DNA of 64,000 nt from an uncultured Verrucomicrobiales bacterium (GTDB taxonomy: Bacteria; Verrucomicrobiota; Verrucomicrobiia; Verrucomicrobiales; Akkermansiaceae): positions 24,376 through 88,375 of the forward strand of contig CALCWC010000026.1 in NCBI GenBank assembly GCA_937905985.1, read 5' to 3'. The stretch's first letter is position 1. Every line of letters begins with the position of its first letter. Under the pieces are notes generated by a model. It made no database searches. It saw only the letters and a list, made by a program, of their open reading frames with translations, and was not told the DNA's origin. Position numbers and translations under genes: made by a program. Below, piece after piece: positions 45,406 through 53,594 of this stretch.

Positions 45406-46833
45406 ATGGCAGAGGAGAAACTGGCACAGGTGTGGGCTAGGGAGCAGCAGCACTACAACTCTCAGCGGATGCGGGAGTTGCTGGGCATCGGCTATTCCGA
45501 GGAAGATGACAAACGCTTGTCAGATGCCCTGCAGCAGCTTAAGTGTGCCAAAATCCTGCGCACGGTCGTTACAAAATCTGACGAAGCCTATGATACAGAA
45601 GACGATGATACGGACTCATCTTGGGACAGTCGGTACATAAACAAATACGACTACTGTTTCCGGTATGTGGGATTGATTCAGTTCGGCAAGCGTGTTCTAT
45701 ATATTTTGCCCAAGTATTGCGCCGAAGTAAAAGACAACGCCCAATCAGAAGCGCGCATGGAGTCATTCCGCACCGTCATGCGGGTCATTGCCCGCTACAA
45801 AAAGGAAGCCAGCAGCACAGGCGAGGAGGATTCGGAGGATGCTTGGCATGATTTTCTTCATGTCATGGTGGAGCTGGTGATGGATTTCCAGGCGAACGGC
45901 GTATACCGGGTGAATGAGAACATCAACGAGCTGAACGGCAAGGGGCGCATCATGTGGCCGCGCACCATCCGGAGGGTGTTGCCGCTCATTCAGGACGGAC
46001 GCCCCTACTACATGGAGTTGCACACGCGCAGGAAGCAGGCGGACACTGCCCATATCATCACGCGCCTGCACAAATATCTCGTATGGCAAGCGTGGCAGAA
46101 ATTGGAGGAGCTCCATCTGTCGGATTTGCTGGAGCTTCCCGCCATAACAGATCCGCCCGACCACGATGAGGAATTTTCAGATTTGGAATATCTGGTGCGC
46201 ATAATCAAGAAAGAGCAAACCCAGCGGTTCGACAACCGCCGGCGGTACCTGCTGGACCTGATGCTGCGTTATCTTGAGGAGAAGGAAGAAGATACGACGG
46301 ACGGCATATACCTGTTCGGCAAGAGCGGTTTCCATGTTGTGTGGGAGGAAGCCTGCCGCGTGGCGTTCGGCATGGAGAAATCCACCCCGGAGCAGATGGA
46401 GGCATCCAAGCCGAAATGGAATTTTGTTGGCGCCAAAGACGTATACCGCGGCTCTGCACTGGAAGCCGACATGGTGAAAGTTGACGGGAACAAACAGACT
46501 TTCACCATTTATGATGCCAAATACTATGTACCCCCAAAAGGTTGCGAGGCGGAGGATATCGTGAAAAAAATGCCAGGCGGCTATGATGTCATCAAGCAGC
46601 AGTTGTACGAGCTGGCACTGAAAAACAGATACCCGGAGTACAAAATCACCCAGAATGTGTTCATCTTACCTATGATGGAAGGCGATGATTCTGGCGATGG
46701 TGTCAACATGGGCACGGTCCGCGTGCCCATGCTTGAGGAACTGGAGCTTGCGCCTGTGGAAATATGCAAGATGAAACCTGACACCATTTGGGAAGCCTAC
46801 CTGAATCACAACACCATCGACATTCCAAAATGA
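45406..46833 (+). CDS. LlaJI/McrC-like restriction endonuclease subunit
   Basis: The start is the ATG at 45406 (or the GTG at 45400), 12 nt after the McrB-like stop. The C-terminal PD-(D/E)XK-like segment is LEADMVKVDG...TIYDAKYYVPP. 475 aa. Confidence 0.7.
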   Translation: MAEEKLAQVWAREQQHYNSQRMRELLGIGYSEEDDKRLSDALQQLKCAKILRTVVTKSDEAYDTEDDDTDSSWDSRYINKYDYCFRYVGLIQFGKRVLYILPKYCAEVKDNAQSEARMESFRTVMRVIARYKKEASSTGEEDSEDAWHDFLHVMVELVMDFQANGVYRVNENINELNGKGRIMWPRTIRRVLPLIQDGRPYYMELHTRRKQADTAHIITRLHKYLVWQAWQKLEELHLSDLLELPAITDPPDHDEEFSDLEYLVRIIKKEQTQRFDNRRRYLLDLMLRYLEEKEEDTTDGIYLFGKSGFHVVWEEACRVAFGMEKSTPEQMEASKPKWNFVGAKDVYRGSALEADMVKVDGNKQTFTIYDAKYYVPPKGCEAEDIVKKMPGGYDVIKQQLYELALKNRYPEYKITQNVFILPMMEGDDSGDGVNMGTVRVPMLEELELAPVEICKMKPDTIWEAYLNHNTIDIPK

Positions 46834-46843
46834 TATAAGCCCC

Positions 46844-48118
46844 TCACTCCGTGGCTCCGGCGGCTTGGAGGAGTTGGATGCATTCCGCGTGGGTGGGGGT
46901 GCAGTTGTTTTCGCGGGCGGCTTTGAGGGCGGTCATGCCGTGGAAGCGACCGCCTTGGACCTTGGCGTTCACGTTGGCGCCGGACTCGATGAGCAGGCGG
47001 GCGCAGTCTGCGTGGCCGCGGTGGCAGGCCATCGACAACGCGGTGATGCCCTCCTGGGTCTCGGCATTCACATCCGCGCCCGCCTCGATGAACTGGCGGG
47101 CGAGCTCCCCGAAATTGCGGAAGACCGCGTATATCAGGGGGGTGTAGCCCTCTTTGTCCTGCACGGAGACATCCGCGCCAGCGGCCAGGAGAAGGTGCGC
47201 GCATTTACCGTACCCCTCTTGGCATGCTTTCATCAGAGCGGTCTCACCATACGAGTTTCTGGCGTTCACGTCCGCCCCCGCCGCAAGCAGCACGCGGGCG
47301 CAATCCTCATCGGAGCATGAAAAGAGGAGAGGTGTATTGCCGAGGCTGTCGGTGGCATTGACATCTGCGCCCGCCTCAATGAGCATGCGCGTGAATTCCA
47401 CGGATCCCCCACCGCAGATACGCATCAGGAGCGTGCTGCCGTCCGGACCCGTGCCAACCCAGTCGCGCGCACCCGCGGCGTTCACATCCGCGCCCGCGGC
47501 AATGAGTATGCGCGCGAGCTCCATATCGTTCATCATGCAGGCATACGCCAGTGGAGTGGAGCCATGCCAGTCCGCAGCGTTCACGTCGGCTCCGGATTCC
47601 AGCAGCAGTCGGGCGAGCTCCGCTTTGCCCCTCTTGCAGACGCGCATCAGGGCGGTCATGCCCCACACGTCCGCGGCATTCACGTCCGCGCCCGCTTCAA
47701 GGAGCGGCCGCACAAACTCCCCGTTCCCCTCACTGCACGCATACATCAAGGGAGTTTGCCCTTCCCAGTCCCTGGCGTTCACGTCCGCGCCCGCATCCAG
47801 CAGCATGCGGAAGCACTCCGCGTGGCTTTTCCGCAAGGCGGCATGCAAGGCGGTTGCGCCGCCACGATTCTTGAATTCCCTTTTGTAGTACACATTCACG
47901 TCAGCCCCGGCGGCAATGAGCGCCCGCAGGCAGTCCGCGCGCCCCGACACAGCGGCGAGCGTCAGCGGCGTGTGTCCGTCAAAGACCTTGTGATTCATCT
48001 TCACATTCACGTCAGCCCCGGCGGCAATGAGCGCCCGCAGGTCATCGAGCTCGCCCATGTACGCGGCGTAGAGGAGGTCGTTCTCCATGGAATTGGTGTT
48101 TGGATCGCTTGTTTTCAT
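46844..48118 (-). CDS. Ankyrin-repeat-only protein (~11-12 repeats)
   Basis: 424 aa with an ATG start and no signal peptide. It has 33-residue repeats with TPLxxAxxxGxxxxxxxLIxAGADVN. A perfect 40-bp internal DNA repeat occurs at 47891-47930 and 48002-48041. Confidence 0.9.
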   Translation of the reverse strand: MKTSDPNTNSMENDLLYAAYMGELDDLRALIAAGADVNVKMNHKVFDGHTPLTLAAVSGRADCLRALIAAGADVNVYYKREFKNRGGATALHAALRKSHAECFRMLLDAGADVNARDWEGQTPLMYACSEGNGEFVRPLLEAGADVNAADVWGMTALMRVCKRGKAELARLLLESGADVNAADWHGSTPLAYACMMNDMELARILIAAGADVNAAGARDWVGTGPDGSTLLMRICGGGSVEFTRMLIEAGADVNATDSLGNTPLLFSCSDEDCARVLLAAGADVNARNSYGETALMKACQEGYGKCAHLLLAAGADVSVQDKEGYTPLIYAVFRNFGELARQFIEAGADVNAETQEGITALSMACHRGHADCARLLIESGANVNAKVQGGRFHGMTALKAARENNCTPTHAECIQLLQAAGATE

Positions 48119-48139
48119 ATCGGTGTATGGGGTTGGGGG

Positions 48140-49525
48140 TTACTCGGCAAAGCCGATGGGTTTGCGGTGGTTGTTTCGGGCTTCCTGATGTTGGAGCAAA
48201 TCGTCGATGGCGAGGGAAAGGTCCGCCTCCTCCACGCGCTTGCGGCGGGCGCGGGCGGCACACATGGCGGCCTCGTCCACCGCGTGGGTCACATCGGAGA
48301 GCGGGTGGTCCAGCAAGCGCTCCGCGTGCGGGCGCAGGCCAAACTCCTGGTGCGGGCGCTTCTCCAGCGCATGCGCCAGCACCTCCTGCACCTCCTCCAG
48401 GGAGGGCATGCCCACCCTGATGTGCGTGCCCAGACGCCCGGTGCGCAGGATGGCGGGGTCGACAGACTCGATGTGGTTGGTCATGCCGGCCACTAGGATA
48501 TGCCTCTCCTCGGCACGCTGCAGGCATTGCAAAAAGCTGTCCACCTCCTCCACCCTGTGGTTGTCATGTTCGGAAAGATTGCCGCGGTTGCGGGTGAAAG
48601 CCTCCATTTCGTCAATGATGACGATGGAGGGAGCGTTCTCTGCGGCCTCTTGGAACTTCTCCTGAATCTTCTTGGAGGTACCGTGGATGAAGGTGCTGCC
48701 AATGCTGCCGGAATCGATGCGAACGATATTCCACTTGAGATGTTCTGCCAGACGCTCCACGGCAAAGGTCTTGCCGCAGCCGGGCGGCCCCTCCAGGATG
48801 AACCCCTTGGGGAAGTGGATGCCGAGCAGGGCGTAGTGTTCACTGTTGTTGACGATGTCCACCACCTGCTCGTTGAGGAACTTTTCCAGTTCCTCGCGGC
48901 CGCGAAGCCGGAAGGGCCCCTCCGTGGGATTCAGGAGCTTGCGCTCCTCCTCGCGGGCGGCTGCGTCCGCGCGCAGCTGCTCCAGCTCCGCCTTGAACTC
49001 GTCCGCCACCTCCAGCGGCTTCTCGTCCACATGCTCGTCGAAGTAGTGCACCATGGCGGTGTACACGCGCGGGGGCATCATGCGGGCGGCGTAGGCGTCC
49101 GCAAGCTCGCGGTTGAAATGCTGGCGGATGAGCACCGTGAACGTGGCATCGTCCACGTCCTCCAAGTTCATGATACGGAGCCTCTTCACAAACTCCTCAA
49201 TGCCCGGAATCTGCCGCGTCGGGCCCATCTTCTTGAAGAGCCTCAGCACCTCTTCCTTGCGTTCTTCCTGCGGAGACTTCTCCGGCTTGCCGTCGGTTTC
49301 GGTTTCCTGCTTGTCGAGCACCCGCCTGCGACGCAGCGGACGCGGCATCTCCGGCTCGCCCTTGAGCTTGTCGATGGCATCCAGGAGGATTCGGATTTCG
49401 CGTTCATGCGCCTTGGCCTGGTCGACCAGCAGGTCCGCCTGCTGCTTGACCATTTCTTCCAGTTCCCGCTTCTTCATAGACTTTTTCGGGGCCGTGCCCT
49501 TTGTGTTTTTGGTGCTCTTTTGCAT
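48140..49525 (-). CDS. Classic-clade AAA+ ATPase with Lys/Glu-rich coiled-coil N-terminal half
   Basis: 461 aa with an ATG start. Walker A is GPPGCGKT, Walker B is IVIIDEME. The second region of homology is DPAILRTGRLGTHIRVGMP. The stop lies 21 nt upstream of the ankyrin gene ATG. Confidence 0.9.
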   Translation of the reverse strand: MQKSTKNTKGTAPKKSMKKRELEEMVKQQADLLVDQAKAHEREIRILLDAIDKLKGEPEMPRPLRRRRVLDKQETETDGKPEKSPQEERKEEVLRLFKKMGPTRQIPGIEEFVKRLRIMNLEDVDDATFTVLIRQHFNRELADAYAARMMPPRVYTAMVHYFDEHVDEKPLEVADEFKAELEQLRADAAAREEERKLLNPTEGPFRLRGREELEKFLNEQVVDIVNNSEHYALLGIHFPKGFILEGPPGCGKTFAVERLAEHLKWNIVRIDSGSIGSTFIHGTSKKIQEKFQEAAENAPSIVIIDEMEAFTRNRGNLSEHDNHRVEEVDSFLQCLQRAEERHILVAGMTNHIESVDPAILRTGRLGTHIRVGMPSLEEVQEVLAHALEKRPHQEFGLRPHAERLLDHPLSDVTHAVDEAAMCAARARRKRVEEADLSLAIDDLLQHQEARNNHRKPIGFAE

Positions 49526-49533
49526 AAGTTCTA

Positions 49534-49562
49534 TTTATAATGAAAGTTTGCTTAACGTTGAA
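49534..49562 (-). promoter_or_regulatory. Putative promoter of the AAA+/ankyrin operon (leaderless)
   Basis: The minus strand reads TTCAAC-17nt-TATAAA. The -10 element ends 8 nt before the ATG at 49525. Confidence 0.45.
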
Positions 49563-49656
49563 TTATTCGACAACAAATGGCGCGCTCCGACTTTTGCGGG
49601 AGAAAACGCTTATGGATTGGTTATCAGTTATTTGGGTGTCTATAAGGGCAGGCCCT

Positions 49657-49680
49657 GGGTGTTGGGTGTCGGGCGTTGGG
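49657..49680 (+). other. Canonical G-quadruplex motif G3N4G3N4G3N4G3
   Basis: GGGtgttGGGtgtcGGGcgttGGG lies about 130 bp upstream of the AAA+ gene start, on the non-template side. Confidence 0.5.
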
Positions 49681-49774
49681 TGACTTCGAGTGTGTTGTGA
49701 TTCACAGGATGGTCGCAGTATAATACAACGGATCCCCCTTGTCAAGCCAAATCGTCTTTCCCTTGTCGATTTTC

Positions 49775-50170
49775 CCGGCCAACACCCACCCGGCATCGCC
49801 GCACTCTTCCAATGCAACGGAAACCAGGTGGCCTACGCAGAGCAGGACATCGACGCCATCGATTCCCTCAACGGAAAGGAAGTCTGGGTTTCCGGCACCA
49901 TCGACCGCCTCGTCCTCACCATGCAAGGCGGCGCCGTCGCCGCCGCAAGCATCATCGACTTCAAGACCGACAAGCGCCGCGGCCCCACCCCCCAGGACGA
50001 GGACGCCACCCTGCGCGAACACCACTTCCCCCAAATGAAGGCCTACCACAACCTCGTCTCCTCCGCCTTCTCCCTCCCCTCCCACAAGGTCACCGTCACC
50101 CTAGTCTCCTGCCCCTCCAACTCCGCTCCCCCCCCGCGCCATCCCCTACCCACCGGACACCCAGTGGTAA
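49775..50170 (+). pseudogene. 3' remnant of a second addA-like helicase-nuclease gene (junction repeat R1)
   Basis: It encodes ...HPPGIAALF...AEQDIDAIDSLNGKEVWVSGTIDRLVL...IIDFKTDK...FPQMKAYHNLV..., collinear with the last ~125 aa of AddA (NEQDIDYIDTMDGKEVWVSGVIDRLVV...IYDYKT...AAQMSAYRKAV). No 5' part is present. Confidence 0.7.
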
Positions 50171-50208
50171 TGTCGTATAACCGCGAATTCAGGAGTTTCA
50201 CATTTTGC

Positions 50209-50238
50209 TTGCCCGCCCGCCCGAGCGCGTGGTAGACT
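50209..50238 (+). promoter_or_regulatory. Promoter copy following R1
   Basis: TTGCCC-18nt-TAGACT preceded by GTGG. It parallels the GTGGTATACA box at 52223 and the GTGGTAGATT box at 53535. Confidence 0.4.
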
Positions 50239-50283
50239 GCGGGTGGACTGTCTGGAACTGCACCCCCTCACGCTCCGGGCGCA

Positions 50284-50496
50284 ATGCTATACAAGGTTAT
50301 GAGTGACGACAAGATACACGCGGTTGGCAGGAACATCGCTGAAAAGGCCACCAAGATTGGCTATGAGATACCCATGACCAGGTACTTCTACAAGTACCAG
50401 CCGCCTGAACCGGCGGAGGACATCGCCGCACGCATCACGTCCTTGGAGACCGACATTGCGAACACCCTGAAAAGTCTTTTCCACAAGGAGGATTGA
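50284..50496 (+). pseudogene. 3' remnant of a type I hsdM-type methyltransferase gene
   Basis: The 70-aa ORF ...KIGYEIPMTRYFYKYQPPEPAEDIAARITSLETDIANTLKSLF matches, from memory, the GYEI-x-F-x-RYFY-x-Y-x-PPR...EI C-terminus of HsdM proteins. The catalytic N-terminal ~400 aa are absent. Confidence 0.55.
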
Positions 50497-50564
50497 GCCG
50501 AATGATACATCCGACATTTGCAACAACTGAGGAATATACAAGCTGCCACCCCTACTGATACATC

Positions 50565-51644
50565 ATGGAAACATCCAAGATTTTTGAGCTTCAACAGCAT
50601 TTTGACACCCTTGCCCACCACATACAAGGCGAACCCGCCTTGGAATATTGGACTGCCAGAGAATTGCAGCCCCACTTCGGATACAGCAAATGGGAGAATT
50701 TCGAATCCGCCATCGAGAAAGCAATGACATCTTGCCAAAATGCCGGCGGAACAGTTTCTGACCACTTCCTTCGCTTTGAAGAATCCCGCACAACAGGGAA
50801 AGGTGCCTCTCTGTCCATTTGCAACTACAAACTTACCCGTTATGCATGCTACCTCATTGCTCAGAACGGCGATCCAAGGAAATCGGAAATTGCCTTTGCT
50901 CAAAGTTATTTTGCGGTTCAAACCCGTCGCACAGAGATAATAAGCGAGCGTATTGCATTCATAGAGCGTTCTACTGCCCGCAATCAATTGAGAGCAGCAG
51001 AAAGAGAATTATCCCAAAATATTTATGAACGAGGGGTCGATGATGCGGGATTTGGACGAATCCGTTCCAAGGGTGACCAAGCTCTATTCGGTGGAAATAC
51101 GACGGCTGACATGAAGGCAAAATTCAATGTGGCCCAGCACCGCCCCTTGGCGGATTTTCTTCCGACCGTGACTATAGCGGCAAAGAATCTTGCCACCGAG
51201 ATGACTAATTACAATGTCAAGCAGAATGATTTGCATGGTGAGCAGCCTATCACAAAAGAGCATATTCACAACAATGCCTCTGTTCGCAAAATGTTGACTG
51301 ACCGCGGAATCTATCCTGAAAACCTGCCTGCAGAGGAAGATTTTGCAAAACAGGAACGGAGAGCCAAGGCTGACGCAAGGAAAATTCAAGCCTCTAGACT
51401 TACCCAAGCAACAGAGACAGTTTCCCTGCCGAACCAAACCTCCCTTCAGCTTCCCCATCCTGATGATGAAAAACTTCTGCGCTTCCTTGCCGCCCACCCT
51501 GCCGCTTCTTACAAGGATGTCAAACAAGCTCTCGACATTAGTCCGGCTACATTCTATCGCCGCACGGCGGCTCTGCAAAAAATAGGGATTCTTGAGAGAT
51601 GCGGATCCGCTCGCAAAGGCACTTGGAAAGTATCTTTCCCCTGA
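50565..51644 (+). CDS. dinD: DNA-damage-inducible protein D (DinD) with C-terminal wHTH extension
   Basis: 359 aa. WTARELQPHFGYSKWENF...LTRYACYLIAQNGDPRKSEIAFAQSYFAVQTRR closely parallels E. coli DinD. The tail (...YKDVKQALDISPATFYRRTAALQKIGILER) looks like a winged helix. Confidence 0.85.
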   Translation: METSKIFELQQHFDTLAHHIQGEPALEYWTARELQPHFGYSKWENFESAIEKAMTSCQNAGGTVSDHFLRFEESRTTGKGASLSICNYKLTRYACYLIAQNGDPRKSEIAFAQSYFAVQTRRTEIISERIAFIERSTARNQLRAAERELSQNIYERGVDDAGFGRIRSKGDQALFGGNTTADMKAKFNVAQHRPLADFLPTVTIAAKNLATEMTNYNVKQNDLHGEQPITKEHIHNNASVRKMLTDRGIYPENLPAEEDFAKQERRAKADARKIQASRLTQATETVSLPNQTSLQLPHPDDEKLLRFLAAHPAASYKDVKQALDISPATFYRRTAALQKIGILERCGSARKGTWKVSFP

Positions 51645-51905
51645 TGCGGTTATAATCGCTATCAATCACTATCACGTGACCTCGGACAACACTGGCAAAT
51701 GTGAACGCAACACATTTATTATAAACTCTTTAATCAATTTCCCGACGTCGGGAAGTTGATACGCCAACCAAAGGACTTCCTTATGCATTTCATCTCGCCA
51801 GTTCCAATGTCTTTCAGGTCTCTTGGATTCCGCATTCATCCAGCAGACCTCGGCAAGCGCCTCGCCCGCCTCGTCGGTCTTGGCCTGCTTAAACCCTCCG
51901 GACGC

Positions 51906-52100
51906 GGCCGCGGCCCCACCCCCCAGGACGAAGACGCCACGCTGCGCGAACGCCACTTCCCCCAAATGAAGGCCTACCACAACCTCGTCTGCACCGCCTT
52001 CAACCTCCCCTCCCACAAGGTCACCGTCACCCTCGTCTCCTGCCCCTCCAACTCCGCCTCCCCCCGCGCCATCCCCTACCCCCCGGACACCCAGTGGTAA
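51906..52100 (+). pseudogene. addA-like 3' end, junction repeat R2
   Basis: 51909-52100 aligns with 49976-50170 (about 195 bp, roughly nine-tenths identical by eye). It encodes GPTPQDEDATLRERHFPQMKAYHNLV...KVTVTLVSCPSNSA... Confidence 0.7.
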
Positions 52101-52202
52101 CGCAGAACCGCCCACCACCAATTCCTGGGCATCCCATGCACCGCCATGGATTCCCGCCCCCGGCACACTTGCGCGCATTTGCGACATTTTTTCATTTGGG
52201 GC

Positions 52203-52232
52203 TTGACTCGGCAACACAAGATGTGGTATACA
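52203..52232 (+). promoter_or_regulatory. Promoter copy following R2 (drives Abi gene)
   Basis: TTGACT-18nt-TATACA with an extended TGg. Confidence 0.45.
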
Positions 52233-52335
52233 GGAACCACGAAGCGGTTCCGAAAGGACGTCGCCCCGCGACGCATAAATCCGCATGTTCTATTTGCCGC
52301 CAGGTCTCAAGCCCGGCGGCATCTTATTTCCACCC

Positions 52336-53316
52336 ATGTCCATCAAACCGTTCAAGACGTACGCTGAACAGGCATCCATCCTTATCTCCCGCGGATTGGG
52401 GGATGAGGCTATTCGGGGCGTGATGGAGCGCCGCTTGGCTGCTGTCGGGTACTATCGCTTGTCGGCATACAGCTACCCGTTTCGGAAAACGGTAGAAAAC
52501 GACGGGCAGGTACAGAAACTGAATGAATTCCGCGAGGGAACAACGTTTGACCGAGTGTGGGATTATTACCTGTTTGACCGACGTCTGCGTTTGTTGATTA
52601 TCGATGCCATTGAGCGCGTGGAAGTGGCGTGGCGCGTCCAAATCGCATACGAATGGGCATTACGGGAAGGCATCCCAAATCCGCAGAGCAGGCCAGGCAG
52701 CTTTGCCACCAAGTTCCGCAAGATATCGAAGGAGGAGCGCCTGAAAACTTTTCAGTACTACTACAACATCAGTACCGAGGACTTTGCCTGTCACCATCGG
52801 GAAGATTTGAAAATCGCAAAGGTGGAGGATTTGCCCGCATGGGTGTTTATCCAGTTTTCCACATTCGGCAGCTTGCACAAACTGTTTGAGGATGGTTTGC
52901 CTTTAGGACTCAAGCAAACGATTGCACGTCGTTTCGGCTTTCAAGATGAGGGCTTTTTCACCCAGGTGTTCGCCTTGCTCCTGGCTGCCAGAAACGCATG
53001 CGCCCATCATGCTCGCGTATGGAACAAGGAATGGTTGTACGATGCCGAGAACGATAAGCATCCTTTGCGAAAGAGGTTCGTCTCCATTTGCGGCCTGACA
53101 TCGGATCCGAACTGGTCCTCGCTCATGGCGCAATTCGACCGCACCAAAACGGCATTCCTACTCTCCTTGCTGTGCGTCCTGCTGAAGAAAACGGCATCTA
53201 CCAGTCATTGGAAGGACAGGGTAAAGAAGCTCTTGACAGAACGGGCGCCCGTTCCCAGCATAACCCGGGAAATGGGCTTCCCTGTAGGCTGGCAGCAGCA
53301 TCCCCTGTGGAAATAA
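52336..53316 (+). CDS. Abi-like (Abi_2/AbiD-F family) abortive infection protein
   Basis: The ATG at 52336 gives MSIKPFKTYAEQASILISRGL...LAAVGYYRLSAYSYPFR...LAARNACAHHARVWN, hallmarks of Abi_2. 326 aa. Confidence 0.8.
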   Translation: MSIKPFKTYAEQASILISRGLGDEAIRGVMERRLAAVGYYRLSAYSYPFRKTVENDGQVQKLNEFREGTTFDRVWDYYLFDRRLRLLIIDAIERVEVAWRVQIAYEWALREGIPNPQSRPGSFATKFRKISKEERLKTFQYYYNISTEDFACHHREDLKIAKVEDLPAWVFIQFSTFGSLHKLFEDGLPLGLKQTIARRFGFQDEGFFTQVFALLLAARNACAHHARVWNKEWLYDAENDKHPLRKRFVSICGLTSDPNWSSLMAQFDRTKTAFLLSLLCVLLKKTASTSHWKDRVKKLLTERAPVPSITREMGFPVGWQQHPLWK

Positions 53317-53390
53317 CCCTCCCCCCGCGCCATCCCCTACCCGCCGGATACGCCGTGATAACGGCCACCACCCATTTACCCGAATTCAGG
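53317..53390 (+). repeat. Junction repeat R3 (tail of addA-like gene plus downstream flank)
   Basis: CCCTCCCCCCGCGCCATCCCCTACCCGCCGGATACGCCGTGATAA starts immediately after the Abi stop. It matches 50121-50170 and 52052-52100. The downstream CGAATTCAGG is shared with R1. Confidence 0.7.
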
Positions 53391-53516
53391 CACAGAAAAA
53401 AGGTATATACAAGGAGCAATACGTTTTCCAGAATTCCCGCCCACCATGCGCTTTGGCGGCATTTTCTTTTGTAATACACAAACATGAATTTCATCGCCAA
53501 ATTTGCTCTTTTCTTC

Positions 53517-53544
53517 TTGCATGAAGCATGAGATGTGGTAGATT
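53517..53544 (+). promoter_or_regulatory. Putative hsdRMS promoter (copy following R3)
   Basis: TTGCAT-16nt-TAGATT with an extended TGg. The 50-nt leader contains GGTTAGCGCTACCCGCTAGCGGTTAG. Confidence 0.5.
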
Positions 53545-53594
53545 ATTGGGTTAGCGCTACCCGCTAGCGGTTAGTCAGAGTCGTTATACCCACC

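Noticed and set aside
47891-48041. A perfect 40-bp direct repeat inside the ankyrin gene.
   Set aside because: It is explained by recent duplication of adjacent ankyrin repeat units. It is in frame (111-bp offset) and is not an independent element.
51672-51870. Minus-strand ORF tail ...WRDEMHKEVLWLAYQLPDVGKLIKEFIINVLRSHLPVLSEVT, convergent with dinD. I wondered about a HEPN/HepT-like toxin C-terminus.
   Set aside because: The R-x4-6-H spacing does not fit, there is no credible start, and the upstream part of the ORF is antisense to junction repeat R2. It is left as an unassigned remnant.
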